Shown here: piece after piece, positions 1 to 10,439 of the stretch
Layout of the letters: each line of letters starts with the position of its first letter
How positions within the stretch are numbered: position 1 is the stretch's first letter
Virus record (IMG/VR): IMGVR_UViG_3300010413_002638
Location: 1 to 64,000 of that record
Strand: one strand, 5' to 3'
From: a virus
Length of the DNA stretch: 64,000 nt
Notes under the pieces: generated by a model
Database searches by the model: none
What the model was told of the DNA's origin: nothing
The model's input: only the letters and a program-made list of their open reading frames with translations
Position numbers and translations under genes: made by a program

Positions 1-1629
1 GGAATCACCGACACCGGTCGTGAACAATTCCAGTGAAACAACATAATCATCGATCCAGGTGCCGGGGCTCGGTGCTACCAGCCAACCAACAATGCTGGCA
101 AAGTAAGCCGTATCACTGGCACAATCGTCGCTCGCCGGATCTGTCTCGCAGCTCAGTGGCGTGGAGGCGCTCACTTCACCGGAGGTCGGCAAGGTAGTCC
201 GATTGTCGCTGAAACCTCGGTATGCCCGTTTGTAGGGATAGGGGATGTTCAGCTCTTCGACGAACCGCAGCGTCTTCAAGTTCGAGAAGCTCGCCATGAT
301 AAAGAGCGTATCGAAGCGATGCTCAGAAGTCGTTGTGATAACAACGTGCGTTGTCCCACCAGGCACGGTAAGTTCAAACGAATCGAACAAGACTTCCCCA
401 GCCACGATGCCAGCACTATCAATGCTGTTTGCGACGGAGGCAACTGTTTGGCCGAGACCGACCGGGATATTGAATTCCACAGTCGTGGTGTCGTTCTCAC
501 CGATCAATTGCATCTTGACGCGATTGTTCTGCGTCGTGATGTTGAACGGACCGGGGTCCAGACCCAGCAAGTAAGACCGAGGAATGTCCCAAGCGTATTG
601 CTGGGTTCCGCATTCCAGAGCCCATGCTTCCGTAGTCATCAACTGCACACGCTCGCCAGCCGTCGTGGAGCGGATCTGTGGGATTACAGTGCCGTCGGCT
701 TGTGTGTACTCAACGAACAAGTAATCTTCGCCAGTCAACAAGGCGTTGGCCGCATCCACAAAGTCGGAGGCCGTCGTATAGGTGGCTTCCAACATCGTGT
801 AGACGTTGGCGGTGCCGCCTTCTACCGCAATCGAAAAATCGCGGTTGTCGGGGACTACCGAGAAAGTGAAGGTGTCGTTCTCATCGAGAACGCCACTTGC
901 CACTTCGACCCGAACGCTCAGACCGTCACCGATGCTGACGTATTCGGAAACACCGTCGTCGTTGTCGTCGATTAGATAACCTTCAGCGACGATTTCACCG
1001 TCGCTGTTGCGGACGATTTGGAAACCTGCACCATCGACGGAGGCAGCTGCGGAAACATCCGGTGCGGACGTGATGATCATCACGTAGGAGTCATCAATAG
1101 AACCAGTGTAGGTACCGGTGACCGTCATGCTGGCGGAAGTAGCGCCGAACGTGTTGGAGACTTCCACGTCGTTGTAATCTGGCGAGCTTACGGAGGCGTC
1201 GTGGAATACCAGTGGTCCAGCGTTGTCACCAACTCCATCACCAACTTCTCGCAGGTTGATGCGGCCATAATCGATACCGGTGAACACCGGGATGCGGCCC
1301 CATCCACTTGCTTTGGCCCCAGAAGTATCGATGCAGATGGCGGCGAGTACGTCGGCTTGGCCTTCTTCGCATTCGATGCCAACCCGCATGACGTAGCATT
1401 CGTTGCCTTCTTCGAGGTATGCCAGGACGGCATACATCAGATAACTTTCTGGGAACGGTTCACCGAACGTATCGATGGCCGTTTGAGAGTTGGCGATTAG
1501 CACTGCTTCGTTCATGGGACCTTTATTGGCCGTACCAATAAAGGCCGGTCGAAGCGGTCCAATGGAATTTGGCAGAACGCTAAGATCAATCTCTCGCGGG
1601 AAGACACCCGGACTGAGGTATACTGCCAT
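1..1629 (-). CDS. Contractile tail sheath protein (partial; runs off the window start)
   Basis: Not in the ORF track because it has no stop in the window. My translation starts MAVYLSPGVFPREIDLS...PAFIGTANKGP...FGEP...AVLAYLEEGNECYVMRV, the typical sheath N-terminus. GGAG SD upstream. Confidence 0.9.
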   Translation of the reverse strand, partial: MAVYLSPGVFPREIDLSVLPNSIGPLRPAFIGTANKGPMNEAVLIANSQTAIDTFGEPFPESYLMYAVLAYLEEGNECYVMRVGIECEEGQADVLAAICIDTSGAKASGWGRIPVFTGIDYGRINLREVGDGVGDNAGPLVFHDASVSSPDYNDVEVSNTFGATSASMTVTGTYTGSIDDSYVMIITSAPDVSAAASVDGAGFQIVRNSDGEIVAEGYLIDDNDDGVSEYVSIGDGLSVRVEVASGVLDENDTFTFSVVPDNRDFSIAVEGGTANVYTMLEATYTTASDFVDAANALLTGEDYLFVEYTQADGTVIPQIRSTTAGERVQLMTTEAWALECGTQQYAWDIPRSYLLGLDPGPFNITTQNNRVKMQLIGENDTTTVEFNIPVGLGQTVASVANSIDSAGIVAGEVLFDSFELTVPGGTTHVVITTTSEHRFDTLFIMASFSNLKTLRFVEELNIPYPYKRAYRGFSDNRTTLPTSGEVSASTPLSCETDPASDDCASDTAYFASIVGWLVAPSPGTWIDDYVVSLELFTTGVGDS

Positions 1630-1669
1630 TGGTGATTACTCCAAATTCGCCAAATTACAGGTTTCAAAT

Positions 1670-1677
1670 TATCTTTG
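1670..1677 (-). promoter_or_regulatory. Putative late-promoter motif CAAAGATA upstream of the tail sheath gene
   Basis: One of about 10 copies of CAAA(A/G/T)(A/T)TA found 15-50 nt upstream of gene starts. Confidence 0.45.
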
Positions 1678-1686
1678 ACGAAACAA

Positions 1687-1941
1687 TCAAGGAGTTATTG
1701 CTGCTTCTTGATCTTCGACAGTTTGGCTGTCGTACAAGATCTTTATCATCCCGCGACGCTTGAGATTTTCGATCTGGTCGCTCCGAAGATGATCGTATGG
1801 CAGCGAAACGTCCTTTCCTGGGTCAAGTCTGACTTGTGATTCTCCAGTATAAAATTCGCTTCCAGGTGCACGTACCTGCAAGGGAATCATTTGTTTGCTA
1901 CTGTTGTACAATCGTACGATCCGCGTCTTACTCTTAGCCAT
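1687..1941 (-). CDS. Small hypothetical protein (probably virion-associated), paralog of 32281..32505
   Basis: GGAGG SD before ATG at 1941. Lies between the gp15-like gene and the sheath gene. Confidence 0.75.
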   Translation of the reverse strand: MAKSKTRIVRLYNSSKQMIPLQVRAPGSEFYTGESQVRLDPGKDVSLPYDHLRSDQIENLKRRGMIKILYDSQTVEDQEAAITP

Positions 1942-1952
1942 GTTGGCCTCCA

Positions 1953-2819
1953 CTAGATATCAGATACACTTTGGATAGGTTCAAACCAAGACGGAGTAGT
2001 ACCCGTGGACGTAGAAGCCACAAGAATCTCTCCTAGCTTCTCCTGTAGCGTCGTCACACGCCCCAGGACCGTCTTCACGATCTTCTCCGGCAACGGCAAC
2101 CAAGCTTCCGCCGTCATATTCACTTCATAGCGAACATTGGCGTGCTGATCAAACCCGGTCTCCTTATCGCTGGCATCCGTCGATCCGCCAAAACGGATCT
2201 GAACGCCTCCTTCGATTTTTCCATCGAACATCCGGAATTCAGCCAAAGGATTGAACCTGGTCAAGGTTTGATATAGTATATACTCCGCATCTCGCTTGCG
2301 TTCAGCCCAAATAATAAGGTTGTAATCGACGAGCCACGGAGTAGGGCGATAGACCTTCGCAGCCTGGTCATACCGCGTGCTCAAATAACGGGCCGTCATA
2401 GCATGATAGGCAGGGCTAAACTTCTCGGGATTAAATTGATGTGTATCCCGGCTGATAGCAGCCACCGGCAAACGAGCACGCCCCTCTTTTAGATCGTCTG
2501 CCCAAATCAACAAACTCTTATCACCGCCCGCTATCTTGACCCGCATGAAGCGGTAATTGTCCTTGGTCGGAACACGCATCCCAGACCAATACTGTTTCAT
2601 AGAATAGTCAAGCGAACGAAAACCGGGAATTAAGAATTCTTCCAGATGATATGGATAAGCAAGCAGATCACTTCCATCAAAAGGATTCCGCCCGCCTTCC
2701 ACATGGCTTAATTGACTGACACCGGGGATCTGATTCAAGCCATGCGGTATCTGTGTCGGAGGCGTATCATGCTTCTGCGGATTTATCGTAAAATCAGCAT
2801 CGAAATTATAAAGTGGCAT
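1953..2819 (-). CDS. Tail completion / sheath terminator protein (T4 gp15-like)
   Basis: RLPVAAISR...PTPWLVDYNLIIW...D..YILYQTLTRFNP matches the gp15 pattern. Located next to the sheath gene. Confidence 0.7.
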   Translation of the reverse strand: MPLYNFDADFTINPQKHDTPPTQIPHGLNQIPGVSQLSHVEGGRNPFDGSDLLAYPYHLEEFLIPGFRSLDYSMKQYWSGMRVPTKDNYRFMRVKIAGGDKSLLIWADDLKEGRARLPVAAISRDTHQFNPEKFSPAYHAMTARYLSTRYDQAAKVYRPTPWLVDYNLIIWAERKRDAEYILYQTLTRFNPLAEFRMFDGKIEGGVQIRFGGSTDASDKETGFDQHANVRYEVNMTAEAWLPLPEKIVKTVLGRVTTLQEKLGEILVASTSTGTTPSWFEPIQSVSDI

Positions 2820-2826
2820 GTAGCAC

Positions 2827-3123
2827 CTACCTCAAAAGCGACATCAACATGGAAGGATTCTTGAGACCATCCATAGCCTGGCGAACCTTTTCGTCAATAT
2901 TTCCGTCCTCATCAATCATCTGACCAGTCAATTGTGCCGAAACTTGGGTGCCACTGACCGCCTTGCCACCAAAATGCAATTCCAAGCCGGGCACCTGTTG
3001 TTCAAGCTTCGCTTTGACAGCTAGGGCAATGGCATTGAAGAACCGATGATCAGACGTATTTCTGTTCATTCGCACGATCTTAAATTGATCGGCAAGATTA
3101 GAGGCTTTCACGGTATTGGCCAT
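2827..3123 (-). CDS. Hypothetical protein
   Basis: ORF in the operon. Start placed at MANTVK. Confidence 0.65.
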   Translation of the reverse strand: MANTVKASNLADQFKIVRMNRNTSDHRFFNAIALAVKAKLEQQVPGLELHFGGKAVSGTQVSAQLTGQMIDEDGNIDEKVRQAMDGLKNPSMLMSLLR

Positions 3124-3724
3124 CCGTTCTAATTGGTTCTTCTTCTGGCATGTCCTCTTCCGGTCTGACAGCCACATCGGCGGTAAGGGTCTCGACTTGA
3201 CACGTCAAATAGAGCCAAGTATAACGAAAATTACCACTAGGAGTGGCGTTCAAGATCCGATAATTTTTGGGGCTGACCGCTGCCGCGTTGTAAGGCAACT
3301 GAATAACATCGCCTGTACGCAACATCCTATCGCCCAGCCTCTGATGAATGCCATAATGGCTAAAAATAACTTCTGTTTTGTTGGCAGTATCAGCACCCCA
3401 CTTGGTCAACTCTACTTCAATCGGTTCCGGCTTGAAGAAAGCCTTGACATAAATCGGATTCCAATAAGTCGGGTCCGGATCTTCATCCCATACAGCATCA
3501 AAATCGGCATTGTCGGTCCGCACGAAGACTTTCACTTCCGCTCCGGAGACATTTATCATCTCCTCTGCCAAACTCCTAGCAAGGGCAATGTCTTTATTTT
3601 CAACATCATGAATAGCGAGAGGTGTATGGCGCTGTTCCGCCTCGGAGCGATAACTTTCGAGGATCGTATCAAATAAACTAGCGCTGACTTGACCAGTGTC
3701 TACACCGAATCTATATTGGGTCAT
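3098..3724 (-). CDS. Neck / head-completion protein (T4 gp14-like)
   Basis: EEMINVSGAEV..., WDED, LTKWG...EVIFS and GDVIQLP motifs. GGGAG SD. Context next to gp13- and gp15-like genes. Confidence 0.7.
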   Translation of the reverse strand: MTQYRFGVDTGQVSASLFDTILESYRSEAEQRHTPLAIHDVENKDIALARSLAEEMINVSGAEVKVFVRTDNADFDAVWDEDPDPTYWNPIYVKAFFKPEPIEVELTKWGADTANKTEVIFSHYGIHQRLGDRMLRTGDVIQLPYNAAAVSPKNYRILNATPSGNFRYTWLYLTCQVETLTADVAVRPEEDMPEEEPIRTDGQYRESL

Positions 3725-3775
3725 TATCATTCTCCCACGTATTTTTGGTACCAAGTTTTGTCCGGAGATCAAAAT

Positions 3776-4033
3776 ATGCCAGAGGAATCAATCCCAATGG
3801 ACAAAGTACTCGAAGTCCTAGAATCGAAACTAGGCGTCAGCACCAAATGCAAGAATAGGTTGGCAACCTTCTTGTATTTGTTGATGCGTGATCACACGCC
3901 GACAGGAGTTATACCAAATATCGTCCAAGAAATAGATAAGATCACTAGCTATGAATTTATCACCTTCAGCAACGAGCATTTATTCGCTTTAGCTAAAGAC
4001 TACGCCGATAGAGTTCTAACACCCGAAGATTAA
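3776..4033 (+). CDS. Hypothetical protein (lone + strand gene)
   Basis: GGAG SD before ATG 3776. Fills the gap between minus-strand genes. Confidence 0.6.
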   Translation: MPEESIPMDKVLEVLESKLGVSTKCKNRLATFLYLLMRDHTPTGVIPNIVQEIDKITSYEFITFSNEHLFALAKDYADRVLTPED

Positions 4034-4602
4034 GTGCCACTCTGACCCCACGGCGGAATAGGCGGAAGAACACCACCACCAACAGGAAAAGTACCCTCTT
4101 CTTGATAAGGGTCATCTGGCGGCGGTTCTATGAAGTCCGGAGATGGACAATATCCCATCCCGCTAATATTGCAAGCATCATACGTTTCTTCTACAGGTGC
4201 TTCTTCAGAGGCAAGCTCCCGCAAGATTCGATAATAATCTGGGTATTCCGTACAAGGACAATCAGGATCGATGGGTGGCAATACCAGCCACCTTTGTCGC
4301 ATACCGCCCCTACCGAAGTTATTCCCATATTTCAAATAAGAACCAGGAATTGCTTCCAGCACGTCGGAAACGTTGACGAGCACATTCTTACAACCAGAAG
4401 CCGCCAGCCAACTGGAAAGCTTCACGGAACTGAGCGCCGAAGTCGGTTCGCAGCCCGGCACCATAATCTTATTAGACGGAAGTACTTCCAATTGCCAATG
4501 AATGTCAATATTCAACGGCAACGGTTTGGGTTCGTCCGAGATACGCTCTAATGTTTCTGGTTTGACAGGAAACACAGGTGATGTTGGAATATATTTGGCC
4601 AT
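4030..4602 (-). CDS. Hypothetical Pro-rich protein
   Basis: ORF abuts the stop of the gp13-like gene. Confidence 0.65.
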   Translation of the reverse strand: MAKYIPTSPVFPVKPETLERISDEPKPLPLNIDIHWQLEVLPSNKIMVPGCEPTSALSSVKLSSWLAASGCKNVLVNVSDVLEAIPGSYLKYGNNFGRGGMRQRWLVLPPIDPDCPCTEYPDYYRILRELASEEAPVEETYDACNISGMGYCPSPDFIEPPPDDPYQEEGTFPVGGGVLPPIPPWGQSGT

Positions 4603-4603
4603 T

Positions 4604-5386
4604 TTACCACAACCAGACACCCATAGGCTCACCTAGTTTAATGGCTTTCTCAATGATCTCCTCCTTCATTTGCATCCCTTCTTGGACGAGATCCGAGCCA
4701 TCATAATTAATAGAACCGCCATCAGGAGTAGGCATACCCGTCACTTTACGACGAGCCATCCCGAGAGCACATTTGGCCTCGGCCTCCATCATCTCGTAAC
4801 ACACGGCTCTTGCTTGTGGGCTACGAAAATGATTGACGACAGGAATGTAAAGGACAACAACCGGAAAAGCACCTTTCGGCGTTGGATAAAGGCGAATCAG
4901 TTGATCCTTGGCATCCAAGGCATCATCAGTTACATTCCCCTCGACTTCACCTATGACCTCCCAATGCCCTTCCGTTCCCAGTACTTTCTGAGAGAACTTG
5001 CGGTAGGCTTGCAACAAATGGTAGTCCGTGAGAATATTCTGGATACCAGAAATGTTCCCAATATTGAACAAAAAGGACTCGGCACCAAAGACATCATCTA
5101 TTCTGGTCGTCACCGGGTCCCAGTTAACAGATTGAACCCAATATGCGTCTTTTGGTAGAGGATACGTACATTGAAGTGGGGTGGTCCAAAAAGTAGCTAA
5201 TTTCTGCTCTCGCGGAAAATAGCCGGAGATGAAGTCACCAGATACGCGAAAGATTGTTTCCCATTGGTCTTCCGTGATCTCTACTTCCGTTACCGGGTAG
5301 CCCAGCTTAGAGAGGACATACTTCTTCATCGGTTCGCTGCGAACCTTCAGAACCGAAGGCAACTCAGCTGGAGCCAGAATCGCCAT
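4604..5386 (-). CDS. Neck / head-tail adaptor protein (T4 gp13-like)
   Basis: KKYVLSKLGYPVTEVEITEDQW N-terminal motif and C-terminal K..GMPTPDGGSINYDG motif. Confidence 0.8.
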   Translation of the reverse strand: MAILAPAELPSVLKVRSEPMKKYVLSKLGYPVTEVEITEDQWETIFRVSGDFISGYFPREQKLATFWTTPLQCTYPLPKDAYWVQSVNWDPVTTRIDDVFGAESFLFNIGNISGIQNILTDYHLLQAYRKFSQKVLGTEGHWEVIGEVEGNVTDDALDAKDQLIRLYPTPKGAFPVVVLYIPVVNHFRSPQARAVCYEMMEAEAKCALGMARRKVTGMPTPDGGSINYDGSDLVQEGMQMKEEIIEKAIKLGEPMGVWLW

Positions 5387-5552
5387 GTGTTGTCCCTCGC
5401 TTGATTCTACTCAAAAGTCCAGATTTCGTTGACACCTCCACTGGCTTAGCCTTGCGAAGAATGTCTAGGACTTGCTGCGGAGTCATTTCTTTGCCGTGTT
5501 TCTCAGCAATATAGGTCCGCACCCACAGCAAGTCTTCTTTGGCTATCTTCAC
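5364..5552 (-). CDS. Hypothetical protein
   Basis: Short ORF overlapping both neighbours. Confidence 0.55.
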   Translation of the reverse strand: MKIAKEDLLWVRTYIAEKHGKEMTPQQVLDILRKAKPVEVSTKSGLLSRIKRGTTHGDSGSS

Positions 5553-6109
5553 GGAAAATGATAACCCCGATCACCGAAGATAATGCCCGAATATTCAATC
5601 CGAAAAATGCTGTATGTGATACCAGCTGGAAAAGAGGCCGTAAGAACGCTTTCCAGCGTCGCTTTTAATGTGGCCACTTCTGTGCCAATTGTGGCTACCG
5701 GATTAATTTCGGCAGCGTGAGCACCAGGCCCAGTGACTACTTCACCAGCATGAATCAGAGTACGCTCAGGGTGTGGCTGAATGTTCTGGGCCGATGACTG
5801 ATGAAAACCGGTGATTTCCAACTGTGCAGGTGATTGGCCAATTTGCGGTTTGGCGGCAGTTCCTGCCGTCATACCACCCATACCGCCAAAGCGATAGCCA
5901 GCGGCAGAAGTGTGCTGACCGCCACCGGGCGTGGCGATCTGGATGGTGGATTCGTCCACTAATCCATCGTACGCCATAGTAGCGAGCTTTTGCATATCCC
6001 GCCAGTATTCGAACCGCTTGCTTTTGATTTCACCGGACCCGTGGTCGGGCACTATGCGGATATGTGCGGTGAATGGTACCCACTTCATGGTTACTCTCCC
6101 TACGGGCAT
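5549..6109 (-). CDS. Hypothetical protein (possibly structural)
   Basis: ORF in the structural operon. Confidence 0.65.
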   Translation of the reverse strand: MPVGRVTMKWVPFTAHIRIVPDHGSGEIKSKRFEYWRDMQKLATMAYDGLVDESTIQIATPGGGQHTSAAGYRFGGMGGMTAGTAAKPQIGQSPAQLEITGFHQSSAQNIQPHPERTLIHAGEVVTGPGAHAAEINPVATIGTEVATLKATLESVLTASFPAGITYSIFRIEYSGIIFGDRGYHFP

Positions 6110-6585
6110 CTTCTAGGCAGCGCGAACTCTTTGACGTTTTGCTTGCACGGCCCTAAAATCGTTTTTGTCGGTCTTACTTCCACGTTGGCTAGATATTCGC
6201 GGATGGCTACAATCAGATCGGTAGTATCAATGTTGAATGAATAATCCGGTTCTGCTACCACTTCAAATTCATAAGAGATGGCACCAACATCGCCTTCCAC
6301 CGATGCCTCGATGTATAATGTATAATTGGTGTTCTCATCGAATCCGTTGGTATCATTGCAGATCACTTCACCAGCATAAAAGCCAACGGTATTAATTTCA
6401 TCTACCCGTGTCATGGAACCGGGTAAGTTGTCTGGCGGATAAACCTGCGTCCCATTCAGGTCATAAATACGATATGTTGGTTCCGCATCAGCATTTTCGA
6501 CGCTTCCACTAGAGGAATTATGCGTCGTTATACTGAATACCAACCGTTTGTTTATGGTGATCTGGTCGGGGCATCCCATCAGCAT
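6100..6585 (-). CDS. Hypothetical beta-rich (Ig-like) protein
   Basis: Alternating hydrophobic beta pattern (TYRIYD, GFYAGEV, YTLYIEASV). Confidence 0.6.
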   Translation of the reverse strand: MLMGCPDQITINKRLVFSITTHNSSSGSVENADAEPTYRIYDLNGTQVYPPDNLPGSMTRVDEINTVGFYAGEVICNDTNGFDENTNYTLYIEASVEGDVGAISYEFEVVAEPDYSFNIDTTDLIVAIREYLANVEVRPTKTILGPCKQNVKEFALPRRCP

Positions 6586-6594
6586 TATCCTCTA

Positions 6595-8748
6595 TTAAGA
6601 TATTTGCTGGTGAGGATTCGCCAATGCAGCAAGAAGTTCAGGGAATTTACCCTTGGTCACACCCCAACCAGGCACTTCATCAGATAGAGTCCAGCCCTGA
6701 CAAGACCGCTTACTGCGGAACTGATCCTGACTCCAACGACTCTGGGTTAAATTATTTTTATGTCTAATATCAATATTCGGCACTGAGGACATCCATCTTT
6801 CAGCAGTATACTTATCAACACCACGCGGGTATTGATGGCAACCAGGCTCAAACCCCATGGCCCTCGTAAACCCATCCTTAGCAACTCTTCGCACTCTAGT
6901 CTTGTAGTGCTCCAACAACAAATTACGATAAGCACAACAACCAGAAGTCTGCTTCGTGTAATAGAAAACAGCCTTACCCTCGTATGCGTCCACCTTCCAG
7001 GTGTTCTCGTTGTAGTAGAAGATATTGTCCTGCGGTGGTACGAATTCAAAATGCGAAGGATGATAGAGAATATCATGTTCCGTCAGAAAGACGATATCAG
7101 CCGTGCTTTCCTCCAAACCCCTCAAGATCTGCTGAAACATCGTCAAATGACCGCGTTCTCCGTTGAATAAAAAGTTCTTGCCAAAAAACATCGGCTTCAA
7201 TGAGACACTAATAATTTCCATGCCCGAAGCGGCTGTAGAGAGTTGGCGCTGCACAGCCACCATTATCAGATCATCAATGTTATTGTCAGTGTAGTAAACA
7301 CAACCTTTAACTGTCCCAAGTTGCTTGATAGGAGTGGCGGTTGGTACTTTTTCCATCTCGCCCGTTTCTGGGTTCGGCATAGCCTCAATACGGGAATCTG
7401 GCAGCACCGCCGCTTCATCCTCAGATACTTCGATAACCTCATCAAGATCCAACATAGGAGCAGCAATAATTACCGTCTGCGACTGAATAGCGTCTAAATC
7501 ACAAGGCGGTAAAATCTGCTCCTCTTGCTCAACTTGCGCCACTTCCTTAGGTTGTGGAGGTTGTATGACTTGTGCTGGCTGCTCAGGCTCTTCTTCCTCT
7601 TCATCCAAGTTAGGTGGCGGCTCATCCATAGCCAATTCTTCTGGTGGAATTACTTCATATTCTTCTGCGTTGGTCAGATCCGGTTCTTCCTCAACAAAAG
7701 GATTTGGTTGTTCTTCAACAACAGCTTCGTCGATTGCGACCGATTCGAAGAATGAAGATGAAGCTTCGTCTTTGATTTCTGGTACAACAGCATGTTCTGT
7801 CGAGCCTGATTTGCCGAAAGTGCTGGTTCGCTCCAGGTTGGCTATTTGTTCCTCTTCCCAGCCAGGAATTGGTGCGAACTTTCGCAGCATCCAATGTAAT
7901 GGATATTTCTGAAGATGCCAAGAATCATTGAACCAGAGTTCGCGAGAACGATTTCTGGCGGCTTGGATACCTGGATTAGGATAAGGAAAACCAAATCCCG
8001 GTTGGGTGCGGAAGAGGTGCGAAAACCAAGTTGTCTTATTGACGAGCAATTGCCCACCAGACAGCCAGGTCTTACAGGCCAGTTCCGTTCCCATTTGACC
8101 CCAGGAGCCGTGGGCTTCATCCATACCTTCTATTTCCCAGTACCGTTCCCTATGCAGCATCCAGCAAGCACCGAGTAGGCTCATGGTCGGAGCGAAATCA
8201 CCTTTTGATTCTTCTCGTTTTTCGAATTCCTTCCAGTATTGGAAGTGCAATTCGCTGTCGAATCGCATGAAGTCACTGCGGCAATTGCGGCGTGGTTTCC
8301 AGACTATAAATCGCTCGAATTCTGCGGCTTTTAAGCATTTTTCGCATTTGACTGGCTTGGGACCTTGATACACGCGATTCTTGCATGACTGACACTCCCA
8401 ATCGAAAGCATGCAGGTTATACATGCGTGGTATTACAGTCCAATCATATTCGAACGTTTTCATGAGTTTGACGTCAAAGCCTTCGTCAAATGCACAATGT
8501 GCATCGCATTTCATGATGAATTTGGCTGTTGACATTTTAGCAGCTTCGTTGGTCGCCGCCCGCTGCCCGATAGATTGGCTATGGTAGATGATGGAGACAC
8601 GGGGGTGATCACGAATTGGCGGCTCTGGCCAATTCCCATCACATACTATGATGATTTCCGTTTCGCCCTGCATATTATCGAGTATATCTTGGACGGTCTG
8701 AGCAAGGAACATCTCGTTGCGAGCGGGGATCAATATAGAAAGATCCAT
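6595..8748 (-). CDS. Two-domain glycosyltransferase: GT2 + acidic linker + second GT-A-like domain
   Basis: LSILIPARNE, KCDAHC (ppGalNAc-T-like DxH) and WGQMGTE motifs, a Zn-ribbon insertion, and a C-terminal domain with EHDILY. Confidence 0.85.
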   Translation of the reverse strand: MDLSILIPARNEMFLAQTVQDILDNMQGETEIIIVCDGNWPEPPIRDHPRVSIIYHSQSIGQRAATNEAAKMSTAKFIMKCDAHCAFDEGFDVKLMKTFEYDWTVIPRMYNLHAFDWECQSCKNRVYQGPKPVKCEKCLKAAEFERFIVWKPRRNCRSDFMRFDSELHFQYWKEFEKREESKGDFAPTMSLLGACWMLHRERYWEIEGMDEAHGSWGQMGTELACKTWLSGGQLLVNKTTWFSHLFRTQPGFGFPYPNPGIQAARNRSRELWFNDSWHLQKYPLHWMLRKFAPIPGWEEEQIANLERTSTFGKSGSTEHAVVPEIKDEASSSFFESVAIDEAVVEEQPNPFVEEEPDLTNAEEYEVIPPEELAMDEPPPNLDEEEEEPEQPAQVIQPPQPKEVAQVEQEEQILPPCDLDAIQSQTVIIAAPMLDLDEVIEVSEDEAAVLPDSRIEAMPNPETGEMEKVPTATPIKQLGTVKGCVYYTDNNIDDLIMVAVQRQLSTAASGMEIISVSLKPMFFGKNFLFNGERGHLTMFQQILRGLEESTADIVFLTEHDILYHPSHFEFVPPQDNIFYYNENTWKVDAYEGKAVFYYTKQTSGCCAYRNLLLEHYKTRVRRVAKDGFTRAMGFEPGCHQYPRGVDKYTAERWMSSVPNIDIRHKNNLTQSRWSQDQFRSKRSCQGWTLSDEVPGWGVTKGKFPELLAALANPHQQIS

Positions 8749-9063
8749 TTATACCTCTTCGGTTGGTTCTTGTGGGGCCGGTTTGTAGCAGAACCGACGA
8801 TCGACTTGCCTTTCCACTTGATGAGCTGTCTCTTGGCCCACAATGGAACGGTATGATTTGAGCTTTTCTACCATCGCTTTAGCCATAGATACGGCCAAGC
8901 GGCATTTCATCTTGACTTCTTCGTCTTCCGAAGCTCGCCAGATCTCTCGCAATGTCTCACAAATCGTGTGGTGACCAGCATAACGAGCGAAGTTCATTTC
9001 TTCTTCCGTTGCTGGTTTAAGCATCTCCTCTTCATCAACTGGCTGGTGTTTCGGGTATGGCAT
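8749..9063 (-). CDS. Hypothetical protein
   Basis: ORF coupled to the neighbouring GT genes. Confidence 0.65.
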   Translation of the reverse strand: MPYPKHQPVDEEEMLKPATEEEMNFARYAGHHTICETLREIWRASEDEEVKMKCRLAVSMAKAMVEKLKSYRSIVGQETAHQVERQVDRRFCYKPAPQEPTEEV

Positions 9064-9838
9064 CGTCCGGACTCTCTAGCATTGGTTGAGGAACCTGCTC
9101 ACGACTGGTACCATGAAAAAGACCAAAGGGATTTTCCTCGCCATTTTCCTGGAACTTACCCGTGGGATAGACATAAATTTTAGGGCCAAATTCTTCTTTT
9201 TGAGCTAGCCCTCTTTTTACGTACCGATGATACTTCAAGAAGAAATCACGCTCCTCTGACATGAATTGGCCGCCAACATGAAAACAAGATTGGCAAAATT
9301 TAGGATTAAACCCGTCTAGCGCCACGAATAGTGATTTTTTCATAGCGAACGTGTTGGTATGAAAACCACCTTCCAATTTTCTTCTGCGATATCTGGCTTT
9401 ACTCAAACCAAACTTGAAGATTACATCCAAGTCTTGCGTGATATCTCCTCTCGCATCTAAAATGCCAAAATGGCGAGGAAATACCATCTTGTCGCCAGTA
9501 AATTCTCGCACAGCCAATATCGCATCTCGCGTCAAGATATGATCTATATCCGTAAAGAATAAATATTCGCCCTGTGCGATTTTGGCACCAATATTCCTAG
9601 CAAGCCCCTGTGTCCAAGGACGAAAATCACCGGTAGGATAGATATTTAGATTATGGACACCAGGATCACCTATCGATTGTTTTAGCGGTGGGTTACTACC
9701 ATCATCCATAAAGATAATTTCGACGTCGTCGGGTAATCTCATCTTGCGGTAATGACGAAGTTGCCGCTTCACTATCCGATGACTGTTCAAAATAGCTATC
9801 ACCACCGAGACTTTTGTCGGCTTAAACACTATCCCCAT
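9035..9838 (-). CDS. Glycosyltransferase family 2
   Basis: VSVVIAILN, IIFMDDGS, ARNIGA and FFTDID motifs. Confidence 0.85.
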   Translation of the reverse strand: MGIVFKPTKVSVVIAILNSHRIVKRQLRHYRKMRLPDDVEIIFMDDGSNPPLKQSIGDPGVHNLNIYPTGDFRPWTQGLARNIGAKIAQGEYLFFTDIDHILTRDAILAVREFTGDKMVFPRHFGILDARGDITQDLDVIFKFGLSKARYRRRKLEGGFHTNTFAMKKSLFVALDGFNPKFCQSCFHVGGQFMSEERDFFLKYHRYVKRGLAQKEEFGPKIYVYPTGKFQENGEENPFGLFHGTSREQVPQPMLESPDDAIPETPAS

Positions 9839-9842
9839 AATA

Positions 9843-10439
9843 TCACCTGCTGACCCATAGCCAGGAATGTTGTCTGTCTCTATCGCGATGGGCGAGATAC
9901 CAGGGAACGATATTGTTGCCGCGAGTGTATGCTTCCACAGCATACACTACACCGCCTTGATAGTGATGAAAGAACCCATGCCCAGAGACTATGCCATCCA
10001 CACGAACCTTAGGAGCCCAATGAATAATATCCATTATCGCTGGATTGAATTCGTGCTTGCCATTGATATACACAAAATCTAACGATCGATCTGGTACGTC
10101 AACCACCGCTTCAAGGCTATCTTTTTGTATGAACGTAGCATTGTATAATGCCAAACGCTCTGTAGCTTGCGTTTGCAGGCGATCCATTTTCGTTGGAGTA
10201 TGACCACCAAATGGCGCATAAGGATCTATACACAATAACTCAACGTCTGGGTTGTTCCGACAAATGACTTCCGCGAAAGCACCCTCCCACACGCCAATTA
10301 TCGCACCCTTTTTGTAGCCTAATTCGCCCCATAGCTGAGCTATTTCTTCGCGTGTCCCAGCCCAGCCAGTGAATGGTAAATTATCATTCCGTTTGATACG
10401 GAGCTTTGTACAAATAGCGCTATCTATTGACGTCATCAT
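9843..10439 (-). CDS. Class I SAM methyltransferase (Methyltransf_24-like), possibly catalytically degenerate
   Basis: Clear paralog of 11125..11712 with key acidic residues substituted. Confidence 0.75.
   Translation of the reverse strand: MMTSIDSAICTKLRIKRNDNLPFTGWAGTREEIAQLWGELGYKKGAIIGVWEGAFAEVICRNNPDVELLCIDPYAPFGGHTPTKMDRLQTQATERLALYNATFIQKDSLEAVVDVPDRSLDFVYINGKHEFNPAIMDIIHWAPKVRVDGIVSGHGFFHHYQGGVVYAVEAYTRGNNIVPWYLAHRDRDRQHSWLWVSR

Noticed and set aside
245-1678. + strand ORFs at the window start
   Set aside because: They are antisense to the open tail sheath frame, which has clear family motifs.
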